From assembly GCF_006345805.1 (NCBI RefSeq), contig NC_043002.1:113522001-113586000 (forward strand): a stretch of 64,000 nucleotides of DNA. The letters are read 5' to 3'. Source of the DNA: Octopus sinensis (taxonomy: Eukaryota). Both the position numbers and the translations under genes were made by a program. Below the pieces are notes generated by a model, which ran no database searches, was not told the origin of the DNA, and saw only the letters and a program-made list of their open reading frames with translations. Shown piece by piece: positions 39,092-52,029 of this stretch. Position 1 is the first letter of the stretch; every line of letters starts with the position of its first letter.

Positions 39092-39997
39092 ACGGATTGC
39101 AAATAACATAAATCACCATACATAAACAAACTGAATTTTATAAAATTCTATAAATTGCAAAATAGATATGTATTATTTTTTTCTTTACGCTTAAATTTAA
39201 AAATAAAAGTGAAAAATAATTGGAGTAAGATTGGTGTATATGTAATATCAATGATAAATATTGTTAGTCATTTATAAGTAATGGACAAAAGGAACTTTCC
39301 GCTAGGTTCGAGACGAAAATGAAATGGCAACCGAAAGCATTAGTTTATACAAAAATTCCAAGCCATATGCCTTTAGTAGAAAGTTTTATCAGTTTTATGG
39401 ATGACAATAAATATCTACAATCAGAATAACATATTCAATTTTAAAGACGCCTCCTAACAGACCTCACCATATTATAGTAAGTAATAATTTAACATTTATA
39501 ACTTCATTTCAAATTCCTATGAAACTATTTAAGCTTATTCATGAAGACTTTCTTTTCTGGGATAATTGTTTTTGTTTAAGAAACTATTTCTTCTAACTTA
39601 CTTCATTATTTGTAATATAATAGTCGTAGAGGTATCATTATCCTTTAATAGATAACTAACATTTACTAATAATTCATTGAATGACTTTTCTCTTTTTCAG
39701 ACGAGTTTATATAGATCGAAATCTATACAAATTATGTCATAGCATAAACTGAAAAGCGTAGGGACATGAGGAAATAAAATGAATCTGCCCAACGAAATCA
39801 TTTTAATTCGATAGATTAAATAGGTGGTAAGGATTAAGTTTATGCTAACTTCTGTCCGAAAATTTAAGAGTAAAAGGTGTACACAGATAAGGACAAAATT
39901 ATTGTGCATGACAGAACGAACAAAAGAAGGGTATATATCATTGTTTTTATGAGGGTAAAAGAGCGTTTTAAAATAATGTATTTCGTGAGATTCATTA

Positions 39998-40209
39998 TAT
40001 TCTTTTACTCTTTTACTTGATTCAGTCATTTGACTGCGGCCATGCTGGAGCACCGCCTTTAGTCGAGCAACTCGACCCCAGGACTTATTCTTTTTGTAAG
40101 CCCAGTATTTATTCTATCGGTCTCTTTTGCCGAACCGCTAAGTAACGGAGACATAAACACACCAGCATCGGTTGTCAAGCAATGCTAGGGGGACAAACAC
40201 AGACACACA

Positions 40210-40247
<38 letters not shown>

Positions 40248-40395
40248 TACATATATACGACGGGCTTCTTTTCAGTTTCCGTCTACCAAATCCACTCACA
40301 AGGCATTGGTCGGCCCGGGCTATAGCAGAAGACACTTGCCCAAGATGCCACGCAGTGGGACTGAACCCGGAACCATGTGGTTGGTTAGCAAGCTA
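39998..40395 (-). mobile_element. SINE family B
   Basis: Full family B sequence, reverse complement. Confidence 0.92.
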
Positions 40396-40429
40396 CTTAC
40401 CACACAGCCACTCCTGAGATACATTATAG

Positions 40430-42050
40430 GACAAGATGTAGCTAGGCCAATTTCTATTATGGCATATTGAAGTCGATTAGCCTGTTTTAGGCTCGCCATG
40501 TTAATCTGTAATGATTGGTCGTCTTACCTATTATGTGAGTGCAGAACATTGGTTGAGTCCTGTGCTTTGATTGGACGAGTATTGCGCGTGATATGGATCG
40601 AGGATCTAATCATGTTGTGCGTAATACATTCTCAAATAACTAATCTAAATCTGCGCTTGAACCTACCCTCTGTCTATATATAGGTCTAACAAAGCATCCT
40701 GAACAGAGAAGTGAGCGATTTTCATGAAGGCGAATCGTGTTATTTTCCTGCTGTTATGCACCAGGTAAATTGAGAGAAATTTCATCGATTAATTCAACTA
40801 GAGTACAATTGATTTCTTCATTAACTGTTGAACAAATTACTAGAAGCTTTAATGGTGAGTATTTCCTCTATTTCGAAAGATCAAGTGAGTCTTTGATAGT
40901 TACTCTAGGCTCATGATGGAAACGATGAACGACACCGTTGGCTTTCGGCTTATAAGTAATTTTAAAAATCCACGTGCAGCCGTTCAACATTGAAATTTCA
41001 TGAACAAGAACTGGATTTAAATTGATATCCTCCGTCTGTTGTAAAGGTAACTGGGATGCTGAAACGAGAAATTTATTGCTATATAAAAGGTTTAGCTACT
41101 GTTTCAGCAGAAATTTCAGGGGCGAGGATGGCTTCAAGTTATTTGCAATATCTGTCTCTGAGGGTAAATAAATATGAAAAACCTTGAGATGTAGTAAGAG
41201 GACACACGGAAGTGAACATGATCTAATCCTGCATCTGGTGATGCGAAAGTGCCCTGGGAGGATTCGACATATCGAAGAACCTTCGTTCTCTGATAATAAA
41301 ACACAATTCTTCGTCCACTATAAGATGTGTTTACTGATGCAGATCCAAATATATATCTAAATGAAATTAGTTTTTGTATTGCAGTCATACCTGGGAGTGG
41401 TAACAATTCTCCATTACATATGGTTGCTGGTGTTCAGAAGAAATCTCGCGCCAAATAGAGCCAGTAGAAGCGTTTCTTTCCGCAATCTAAATGTTTGTCA
41501 TCATCTTCCAAATCAGTTGCAGCTTTTGTGAGATCCGTCTGTGTTTGAAGATCATTGATATTTATACGTGCGAGTGCATTTGTGGTTGAATTGTTAGTTA
41601 CGTTGATAGACCGAATATTAGGAATATTATTTGTATAATGAAATTAAAAAAATCGAACTGCTGAATTTACCAGAGAAGATATTTGTCCAAACTTCACCAC
41701 AGTGCATGTGTGAAAGTTTATGGTCAGTTTGATAAAAAAAATCTTCGACCTTCCCAAAAGTGCTGGAAGTAATTCACAGATAGATATGCTTCTAACAATT
41801 TGTCGAAAACCACTATATACAGACTTTGCCGTTTGTAGCCGTTTAGAAATAAACGATAAAGGTTGATCATCTTAGATGAGTTGCTGTAAAGCGACACTAA
41901 TACCGAAATTTAAAGCATGAACGAGCAAATACAATGGAGTATCAAACTAAGAAGCCTTGCCCTGCTTCTCCTTGAGGTCTGCGAAAGATTGACAAACGGT
42001 AGGGTCGACGTAGCTCATTCTTCTTTTGTCTATCACGAAATAAATCTGTC
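40430..42050 (-). mobile_element. Heavily decayed Ty3/Gypsy pol remnant (RNase H-integrase)
   Basis: Hand translation across frameshifts: LLVHALNFGISVALQQ..QPLSFISKRLQ..EGR..TDHK..NALARININDL..QRTKVLRYVESSQGTFASPDAGLDHVH..SQGFSYLFT..EISAETVAK..TTDGGYQF..YKPKANGVVHRFH. No LTR recognised. Confidence 0.85.
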
Positions 42051-42085
42051 ACGGAGAGCCCGAGCTAATATAATCTTTGTGCTAA

Positions 42086-42715
42086 GGCGGCGAGCTAGCA
42101 GAAAGGTTAGCACGCCGGGCGAAATGCGTAGCCGTATTTCGTCTGCCGTTGCGTTCTGAGTTCAAATTCCGCCGAGATCGACTTTGCCTTTCAGCCTTTC
42201 GGGGTCGATAAATTAAGTACCAGTTACGCTCTGGGGTCGATATAATCGACTTAATCCGTTTGTCTATCCTTGTTTGTCCTCTCTGTGTTTAGCCCCTTGT
42301 GGGTAGTAAAGAAATAGGTATTTCGTCTGTCTTTATGTTCTGAGTTCAAACTCCGCCGAAGTTGACTTTGCCTTTCATTCTTTCGGGGTCAATAAATTAA
42401 GTACCAGTTGCGTACTGGGGTCGATTTAATCGACTGGCCACCCCCACCCACCAAATTTCGAGCCTTGTGCCTTAAGTAGAAAAGAAAATAATCTTTGTGT
42501 ATTGGACTTGAAAACGGTGGTGGATTGACAGAATCATTAGTGTCGAATGAAATGCATTGTTGCATTTACTTAGGATTCTAGACGTTCTGAGTTCAAATCC
42601 CGCCGAAGTCAACTTTGCCTTTCCTCCTTCCGAGTATCAGTCAAATACTTGATATGATGCAATCGACAACTTTCCTCCTCTCAAAATTACTGGCCTTGTT
42701 TCTAAATTTGAAATA
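42086..42715 (+). mobile_element. Chain of three SINE family A units with different tails
   Basis: Unit 1 tail gaaataggtatttcgtc runs directly into the core of unit 2; unit 3 lies at about 42515..42715. Confidence 0.88.
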
Positions 42716-42720
42716 ATATA

Positions 42721-43100
42721 GGCTCAGGCTTGGCTGTGTGGTAAGAAGCTTGCTTCCCATCCACTTGGTTCAAAATTCACTCCCACTGCGTGGCACCTTG
42801 GGCAAGTGTCTTCTACTATAGCCTCGGGCCGACCAAAGCCTTGTGAGTGGATTTGGTAGACAAGCAGAAAGAAACCCGTCATATGTATGAGTGTGTGTTT
42901 GTGTGTCTGTGTCTGTATTTGTCCCCACTACCACCACAACCACTTAACAACCGCTGCTCGTGTATTTACGTCCCCCATAGAATAATTATCAGGCTTTAAA
43001 AAAAAAGTAAGTACTGGGTTCAATACAATCTACTATAAATTCTTCAGGGCGGTGGCCCTGGCATGGCTGCAGTCTAATGACTGAAACAAGTAAAAGATAA
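42721..43100 (+). mobile_element. SINE family B
   Basis: ggctgtgtggtaagaagcttgc..ccttgggcaagtgtcttct..gactgaaacaagtaaaagataaaa. Confidence 0.9.
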
Positions 43101-43225
43101 AATTATCTAATTTGAAAACTGTTCAAACCAAATTATAGTTTCAATTATTGAATTTTCAGCAAATGCATTCATACACCTTCTAACCACGAAAAAGAAAATA
43201 TCGTGATGTACATGATAATGGTGAA

Positions 43226-43480
43226 GGCGCGTGGCTTAGTGGTTAGGGTGCCAGCATCATGATCGTAAGATTGTAGTTTCGATTCCTGGACCGGGCGACG
43301 CGTTGTGTTCTTGAGCAAAACACTTCATTTCACGTTGCTCCAGTCCACTCAGCTGGCAAAAATAAGTAACGCTGCGATGGACTGGTCTCCCGCCCACCTG
43401 GGGAACACATACGCCATAGAAACCGGGAAACCGGGACCATGAGCCTGGATAGGCCTTAAAAGGGCGCATTTATTTATTTT
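43226..43480 (+). mobile_element. SINE family D (tRNA head, V/CORE-like central domain)
   Basis: A/B boxes; gttgtgttcttgagcaaaacacttcatttcacgttgctccagtcc..gcgatggactgg; (TTTA)n tail; TSD tacatg(a/t)taatgg at 43209..43221 and 43481..43493. Confidence 0.8.
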
Positions 43481-43586
43481 TACATGTTAATGGAACGTAG
43501 CTCACCCATAAGCCCTCGCTTTAGTCATTCATATTATCCCACCATCCGTCCAGTGCCATATTATGATACTTCTTCTTATCTTCTAA

Positions 43587-43965
43587 AGCACTCCGTCAGT
43601 TACGACGATGAGGGTTCCGGTTGATCCGAATCAACGGAACAGTCTGCTCATGAAATTAACGTGTAAGTGGCTGAGCACTCCACAGACACGTGTACCCTTA
43701 ACGTAGTTCTCGGGGATATTCAGCGTGACACAGAGAGTGACAAGGCTGGCCCTTTGAATTACAGGCACAACAGAAACAGGAAGTAAGAGTGAGAGAAAGT
43801 TGTGGTGAAAGAGTACAGCAGGGATCACCACCATCCCCTGCCGGAGCCTCGTGGAGCTTTTAGGTGTTTTCGCTCAATAAACACTCACAACGCCCGGTCT
43901 GGGAATCGAAACCGCGATCCTATGACCGCGAGTCCGCTGCCCTAACCACTGGGCCATTGCGCCTC
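43587..43965 (-). mobile_element. SINE family C with TSD
   Basis: TSD catattatgatac at 43557..43569 and 43966..43978. Confidence 0.92.
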
Positions 43966-45048
43966 CATATTATGATACAAACAGCTGTGGACTCTGCACC
44001 GTATTTCAAAATAGATGACCGGGAAAATTAGTGCCTATTGGTTGATGATATCATTAAATAATGAATTTACCATCATTTGTATTTAGTTAAGCCCCAACGA
44101 GTGTGGTTGTTATGACTGTCAATACCTATATCCTATAAAAAAATAGGGCTCTTACACCATGTCAATTTTCGCTTTATTAATTTGCCAAATTCTGGTTCTG
44201 TCATCAAACTTTGAGTTAAGTTTCTTTACTGTTTGATTTTAGCGTGATTCAGATTTGTTCCACATGGGTTGTATTTGGCTTTGAGGTTAACAGGGATAGT
44301 TACTGATTCCGAATGGTCTCATTATAACAGAGTATATTTTCTGCCCAAACCTGATATATATTTATTCATTTCATCTTAAATCTATGTTTGTCCACTCATC
44401 CCATTCTCATGTTTATTGTTTTTATTTCTCTGATATATGTTGTTTTTACACAACGTATTAGCTATTTGATATTTTAGCTGTTATATAAATAAATTATAGC
44501 AATTTTTGAAGAAAAATTCAGGATCAGAAATAAGATATCCAAACATTAAAAATAAATGTAATGTAAATATATTTGTTGGACGAGCATACCTATGGTGCCA
44601 TCCGTTCCAACCATAATCATGCCTTATTTTAGAGCTATGTAAGGCACATTATCTATACCCAATCTTTATTTACAGAAGGTGATAGGATATTGTTTGAGAG
44701 ATTTGGTTACTATTTCTAGCAATTCGAGTAGCCTCTTAGAGGCCCCTTCGTTGGCTGGTTTATATATTTCTATTGTGTGTTTGATTGATGTATTGTCTCA
44801 ACTGTTGTTGAGTTGGTTATTTCAGTTTTGCAATTGATGTTATATTTTATTTTGCCCTGTGGGAAAAGTTTGAAGGCATCTATAAATTATTTTAGTGAAT
44901 ATATGCATTGCATATCAACATTGGCGATTCCTTTTGTGTTAACTGTATTCATTTAGTACAAGGATATATTATGTACGCTCTTTCTTTTTTTTTCTTCTCC
45001 TCAATAGGAACAAAGAGACCGGCGCCGTAATATTCAGCACCCTAGACT

Positions 45049-45413
45049 GGATGGAAGCACTCCGTCGGTTACGACGACGAGGGTTCCGGTTGATCCGAAT
45101 CAACGGAACAGCCTGCTCGTGAAATTAACGTGTAAGTGGCTGAGCACTCCACAGAAACGTGTACCCTTAACGTAGTTCTCGGGGATATTCAGCGTGACAC
45201 AGAGAGTGACAAGGCCGACCCCTTGAAATACAGGTACAACAGAAACAGGAAGTAAGAGTGAGAGAAAGTTGTGGTGAAAGAGTACAGCAGGGATCACCAC
45301 CATCCCCTGCCGGAGCCTCGTGGAGATTTAGGTGTTTTCGCTCAATAAACACTCACAACGCCCGGTCTGGGAATCGAAACCGCGATCCTAACCACTGGGC
45401 CATTGCGCCTCCA
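45049..45413 (-). mobile_element. SINE family C with TSD
   Basis: TSD ccctagact at 45040..45048 and 45414..45422. Confidence 0.92.
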
Positions 45414-45539
45414 CCCTAGACTAACCCTTCCTACAATGGGAGGCTCTTATTCCAGTTTTCTCCAACAATTCTCCTGGCGGAAAACTACAATTAACTTACA
45501 AACAAGGAATCTATAATAAATGGTGAATTGTTTTGCAAT

Positions 45540-46060
45540 GAAAAACGAGCTTCAAAGAGATAACTTGCATATTTATTCTTAACAGATGCCGACAGATTCG
45601 AACGTAGGTATGCGAATCATTGTCGTGTTCATCACAGAAAAACATTACCTTTACGATGAATATGTTTTCATAACACACTCAATTCATGAGTTGTTAATAC
45701 CAAGGTTTCTAGGACTACGATATTTCGTCAGCCAGAAGCCTCTCCCACTCCGGACCGATGGTTCAAATAAGAGCCGATAACCTTGTTTATGATTTCAGCG
45801 GATAAACTGTCCACTGATCCATGCCAACCGATAATAAATCGTCATACACACGGTGAAAAGCGAGATTCAGAACGATGGCTTGCATATTTACTCTTAACAC
45901 GTTCCGGCAGATTCGAAAGTAACTATGCTAATCGCTGTTGTATTCGTCACAGGAGAACAGTTTCTTTACGATGAATATGTGTTCATAACACATCTGATTC
46001 ATTATTAAAGGGATTCTGAGACACTGGTGTTTCGATATGTCGTATCCTGTCAGCCAGAAG
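45540..46060. repeat. Diverged direct duplication of an approximately 200-bp unit (period about 315)
   Basis: 45540..45738 versus 45855..46060 share gcatattta..cttaaca, cagattcgaa, ctttacgatgaatatgt..tcataacac and gtcagccagaag. Confidence 0.75.
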
Positions 46061-48099
46061 TACCCTTGTCGAGTAGTCACTTGAAGTTTGCCTTTCGAAG
46101 TGTTTTGCATCTTTATTCACGCATGCGTCATGGCATTTTGTGAAAAGTTTTTATTGGCCAAACGGCATTTTAACTGTGGTCATCCAGTTTTTTTATATGT
46201 CTAGGTCTGAGCTGCCTAGTATATTAAACGATTTTTGAGACAGTTTTAGATTTGAGAGGTGAGATAGTAGTTAGATTTGAGAGATACTGATTTGCTATTT
46301 CTAGTAAATCGATAAACTGCATGCGAAACACCGTTGTTGGCTCGGCAGAGCTATTGTTGCAGTTATTTTGTTGCTGGTGGCAGGTATAATGAATAGACTT
46401 ATGATCAAAGGTGTTCCGACCGAGACTATTCCGCCTCGTTATGTTTTCCAATGTTTCCCGCATTTAAGAATATTATATGAGGACATTTGGCTGCTATTTT
46501 TAGCAGTTCGAATTTTCACAAAGCATACCTCCTCTTTGACTTGGTAGAAAGTGTCGCAGACTGTTAAAGACAGAACATTATTTTACCTTAGATTATTTAT
46601 TTCCTTCTACAGTTTAAAATTCTGCCAGATCGACTTTTCATCTCTTCGGAGATCAATAATTTATCATTTATATGCTGTTATTGAATCAGTAATGTACATC
46701 TCCACTTCCAGTTTGTGGCCTTGTACCAATGTTCATGTTGTTGTTACTGTCTACCCTAGAATGTAGTAATAATAATTTTGAACTTCTGCATATATTTTTG
46801 TTGAATTTTAATCCCTCTTTGAAGAACTCTGCCAACTAAAAGGGGTAATTCTTCGACCAATGGTTCTCACTGACAATTAAGTAGATTCTTATCTTTGTTA
46901 ATGTCTCTTTTCAGTCCCGGGTCAGTTCTAATTGGATAGACATGGAATCAAAGGTACTTTATAACTATCTCGTCTTTTAATCTTATGTAATTTATCTAGA
47001 ACTGCATTATCTAACGGTTCCTTCCTTTATGAAATCAGTCGAAATTGGTGAGATATTTGTCTTAAGATTGTGAGTAATGTGTTGGCTCTGTGTAGAGTTC
47101 TAAATCTATACTGTGATTTGGAAAGCGATATAAAAAAACTAACCTTTCTGAAATATTTGAAGGCGGTCATAGGAGGAGGATGGGCCTTTATGCAAGTTGA
47201 CTCGAGTTTCCACAAGGCTTTAGAAATGTTATGATTTTGCACAGCTTTCCGATTCAGTAAATTTGAAAGTGCTTATACGAGTTGTTACCGTGATTTCTTC
47301 GGGCCCAAGATATTTTAGATATATGTTTGTAGTTTAATCAGGCCCAGTCACTTTAGGAGTTTTAGATTTCTCTATTGAGTTATGTGTGACTGAAAAAAAA
47401 GCAAAAGATTGAGATTTGGTTTAGGCGGAAGGTACAAACGTTTTACTTTTTCATCTTGTGAACAAAACCAATACCGTTTCTTATATTGCAATCCCGACCA
47501 CAGTTACATCGCAAGCATCCTTTCGATGAAAGCATTTAACTCAAGCAATCTCCAGTAATGTCTTTGTTACATGTTCTCTTACGCCACACATGTTCCGACA
47601 TCCATCCATCACATCGTTGGCAATTCACGCTCGCTCGACCAGAATATCTTTGTATCACTGCAATCTCTCATTTGATAGACTGTTTTCCTCTGCGTCTTAG
47701 CCGCCTTTTTTTCTTTTTTTTTTTTTTTTTTGTGAGTTGGTGAGAAGAAGAAAGCAAAATACCTAATTCATTGACTTGACTAAATTCTCTTTCTTTTGAT
47801 TATTTTAATCATAGAATCCTTAAAATTTGTATATTAGCTATTTCAATCAAGTTGGATTACTTCTACAAGAAGCAGCTAGTGTCCGTTAAACATTGTTAAA
47901 TTATTATTAACCGCACAGAAAAAAGGAAGAAATATGGGAAGGTATTTTACTCTTTTACTCTTCTTCACTGCAGCATCTGGTGGCTGGACTTGTTAAATGT
48001 CTCACGAGAACGTTTAATTGGTGTGGGTTGGTGTGCATATTATTTGAGGTTATTATCGAGGTCCCTGATTGCTAATTAGGCTATATAATGCTCTATTGC

Positions 48100-48102
48100 T
48101 CT

Positions 48103-48136
<34 letters not shown>

Positions 48137-48400
48137 TTTTATTTGCTAATGTTTTGGGGGTTTCTTTTTGGTTCATTTTTGGATAGCAAAGGATGACGTC
48201 TTCGTTATTTATAATGGTTACTACTGCTGATAATGTTGTTACTGCTGTTGCTGCTGCTGCTGCTACCGACGCTTTTGGTGCTGCTGCTCTTGTTGCTGCT
48301 GCTGCTCTTGTTGCTGCTGCTGCTCTTGTTGCTGCTGCTGCTCTTGTTGCTGCTGCTGCTGCTGCTGCTTTTGTTGCAGCTGTTGTTGTTGTTGTAGTTA
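48100..48400. repeat. (TG)n and (GCT)n/15-bp (gctgctgctcttgtt)n low-complexity repeat
   Basis: Directly visible. Confidence 0.9.
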
Positions 48401-49974
48401 ACGCGTTATGTGATATTTTGATATCCATCAACGCAACCCAGTTCTGTAGTAATAGTTTAACAGTGAAACTTAACTGTTTATCATTCTGAAAAACCTACCC
48501 ATGTTCCCATTATATCCGTCTCTTGGTGTTAAGGGTCTCTGTAATCTTTATTGGGGTGGTTAGAAACAAAGTAGAAGTGTAGGAGCACGTTTTAACCATG
48601 ATGATCCACGTGGAAGTAATTATAATCAGTGGTAGTGGCGGTGGTGGTAGTAATGCGGATATCAATGGAAATGTAATGGTGATACTGACCGTATTGTGGT
48701 GGTAAGTGGTCTTATTTGTGCTTTAGTATTGCAGTAGCAGTGATGGTGTCAGCAACAGTATTGTAAGGGTTGTGGCTATGTGACAAGACTATAATTATAA
48801 ACGGCTGACGTTGCCAAAATATAGAATAACAGCGAGACTAGACCATTAACTACTATGATGGATTTTAAGGGAATTTAATGCTGTTAGGAGAGCGAGGGTG
48901 ATGCGATTGTCCCCCTTCAACTCCTTAAAATTACGCTGCAATAATTTTAATACCTCCCTCCCATATATTAAACCGTAATGCTATGTAATACAATACAATA
49001 ATCCAGACTTCAAGTCGAAAACTGAACAGTAGTTTACTTACTCGAAGTGTCAAGCTGGTGTGAAAGAGAAGGGTTGGGCAAACACATACGTAAACTGCAG
49101 AACTGGGAGAGTGGGGAGAGGGAGACAATGAAAATAAAACAATTATACTTTTTAAAAAAAAGAACTAGCATCGACTATAATTATCTTGAAAGTTAAGACG
49201 TAGACGAACTGTGTTGGGGTGGGTGGTGTACTCCTATGGGACTGAAATTTGAGAATTGAATAATGAAAGAATGTTTTCAGATTTAAGTTGGAGTGTTAAG
49301 CGAAAGAAAGTATATTTTAAACTTGATGTTTCTGCTTGGAAAATGCAATAAATAACCGACCCAGTTTAGGATATTTAGACACGTAGCAATTCTAAATAAC
49401 ACAATTTTATTCAACCGCAGAGACTAACAAGACCAGTGATTAATTCTTGCATATATGAAGCTAAGTATATTAGGAAAGAAAAACGCTTACTCGAAAAGAT
49501 GTCTATCTGTGAGGGGTTTATATTTAACAAAGGTTTCGTTGTCAATTCGCCATAGGTTCGCTGAGGTATTTAAAATTAAGTATTCAGTACAACGATAATG
49601 AAATACCTGCAAAAGCTATGAACTCACGACCCTTTAACTGGTAATTCAATTCTTTGACTTTATACACTTCATTTTATTGCCGCAAAATATTAATTATCCA
49701 ACTCTGAATTGCTAAGACAAAGTATTCTGAAGAATTATAATTTATTCTTTCGCGATCATTTTTATACATGCAAGTCTATTTTATATGTGCAAGACGAAAT
49801 TGTCGACTTTCTTTGTAATGCGCGTTTACATATATGACGGTTGTTACCTTTAGAGGGAAAGACGCTTTTCAGGAATCCCATCAGTCGATCAGTAGAGTAT
49901 AATGACCACAATAACTACTTTATTGGATTTTAAGAGGATTTATAAACTATCAAAGGATGTTTGCTAGTGCGTGC

Positions 49975-50131
49975 GTGTGTGTTGTCCACCACCACCTTTG
50001 ACAACCGGTGTTGGTGTGTTTACATCCCCGTAAAATAACGGTTCGGCAAAAGAGATCGATAGAATAAGTACCAGGCTTTAAAAAGTACTCGGATCGATTC
50101 AATCTGGCCGCAGTCTAATGACTGAAACAAG

Positions 50132-50191
<60 letters not shown>

Positions 50192-50355
50192 CGACGGACT
50201 TTCTTCAGTTTCCACCTAATCAATCTCCTCACAAGGATTTGGTCGCTCCAGGGCCATAGTAGAAGACTCTTGTTTAAAGTGTCACATAGCTGGAATGAAC
50301 CCGGAACCACGTGGTTTTGAAGCAAACGACTTACTACGCAGCCACTCTTGCACCT
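49975..50355. mobile_element. Two SINE family B halves in opposite orientation around (TA)n
   Basis: 3' half on plus (49975..50135) and 5' half on minus (50190..50355). Confidence 0.7.
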
Positions 50356-50689
50356 ATTCTTAACAAATCTGGATAAATATGAAAATGAATTCAAGTTTAA
50401 ATCTGTAATATTTGGATACCTAAAATGACTAGGATTACTTAAAAGTAAGTACTAGCGTTACGTATGACTATAAACACACGTGTCTATGGATCTATATATG
50501 GATACGTGTACATGTTTCTGTTATGTAAGAGAAGACGCAATCGGAATTAGAAATTTGGCTGACATGTTTGCTACCGCCATCATCATCATCATCATCATCC
50601 TCATCTACTGCAACAACATCATCATTAACCACCATCTTCGCAGTTACGCTTATCACTACCAACTATGGCTCCAAGCACCACTACATTTC

Positions 50690-51335
50690 TTTCTGCATCT
50701 GAAATCGCTTTCTAAGTTTGATTTGATCCACTATGGAGAAGAGGAAATTCTGAAATTACCATATGCTCTTCCCTCGGATGATTCAACAACACTAGTGCCA
50801 TACAACAACACCAGAGATCTTGGAGTAATTGTAATGAGAGGCATTGATTATTGGGGTCGATTAAAAAAGCTCAATCTCTACTCTCTCCAACGCCGCCGGG
50901 AGCGGTACATCATTTGTGTGATGGGGAAAATATTCCATCAATATTGCACAAATGATGTTGGCATCAATTTTAAAATCCATCCAAGACTTGGCTCCCACTA
51001 CGAAAATCGAACTCTATACACATAGCAACATTACGTCACAATTACTTTGCCTCAATTAGTCCAGCTCCCTTTAATACCATACCGAAACACGTCAATACGG
51101 AAATGGATCCCATAAAATTCAAATGTTCACTGGACAAATTTCTTCAAAAAATTCCATACCAATGTCCTACACCCGGATATGTCTCCAACAATAATAACTC
51201 TTTGTTAGTTTGGGCTATAGTGCCCCATATATATATAAAAGACTTCACCAGATGGTGCTATTGAGTTAGACATGGCCTGGGCCTATACTGGTCGAAACCT
51301 TTTAAACTTATCAAAGTTACACAAGAATATGTAGG
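50690..51335 (+). mobile_element. CR1/L2-group LINE 3' fragment with internal deletion
   Basis: KFDLIHYGEEEILKLPY..RDLGVIV fused in frame to MRGIDYWGRLKKLNLYSLQRRRERYII; 3' tail. Confidence 0.85.
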
Positions 51336-51466
51336 TTGTCCATCTATTTTATGTTTGTGAGAGGTAGAGAAATTTAATATTTACTTATTTCATAAAAATA
51401 ATAATTCGATTTCAACTATAGAATCGTATTTAATCTATCTATTTCATAATAAAAATGATATTAAAG

Positions 51467-51880
51467 GCGTGGCTGTGTGATATGAAGTTTGCTTCTTAAC
51501 CACGTTGTTCCGAGTTCAGTCCTCCAGCGTGGCACCTTAGCCAAGTGTCATGTACTGTATCCTCGGGACGACTAAAGCTTTGTGAGTGGATTTCGTTGAC
51601 GGAACCTGAAAGAAGCTCGTCGTGTGTGGGTGTGTGTGCGTGTATGCGTGCGTATGTGGGTGCGCGCGCGCGTGCCTTTCAGTCTGTGTTTGTCTCCCAC
51701 CACCTTTTGATAACCATGTCTTTATGTCCTCGTAACTTAGCAGTCCAGATAAAAGGAAAATGATAGAATAAATGCCAGGCTTTAAAACAAATTAAGCACT
51801 GGGGTCGATTATTCGACTAAAAATTTCTTCAATGCTGTGCCCCAGCATGGCCGCAGTCTAATGACTGAATCAAGTAAAAA
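51467..51880 (+). mobile_element. SINE family B
   Basis: Head, internal GT/GC microsatellite and tail. Confidence 0.88.
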
Positions 51881-52029
51881 ACAAAATACTAATCCCACAT
51901 ACGGATTTCGGTCTTAGCTGAATCTCTTCAGTGTAGCGACGAAGTTATCATCGTTTATAAGAAACAAAGAAACAAAATATAAACAAATTGTGGCTGGAAA
52001 AAATCCGAACAAGTTATTGCGTTACATCC

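Noticed and set aside
41400-41500. GSIWREISSEHQQPYV looked like an HMG-box helix
   Set aside because: It lies inside the frameshifted Gypsy RNase H-integrase linker, and flanking frames give clear pol motifs.
43631-43834. Recurrent ORF MVVIPAVLFHHNFLSLLLPVSVVPV as a small gene family
   Set aside because: It is a chance frame of SINE family C, present in each copy.
44000-44450. Decayed LINE AP-endonuclease on minus
   Set aside because: Only vague motif resemblance across many stops.
48093-48489. Poly-Ala ORFs on both strands as genes
   Set aside because: Trinucleotide and 15-bp repeat expansion, with no supporting non-repetitive coding context.
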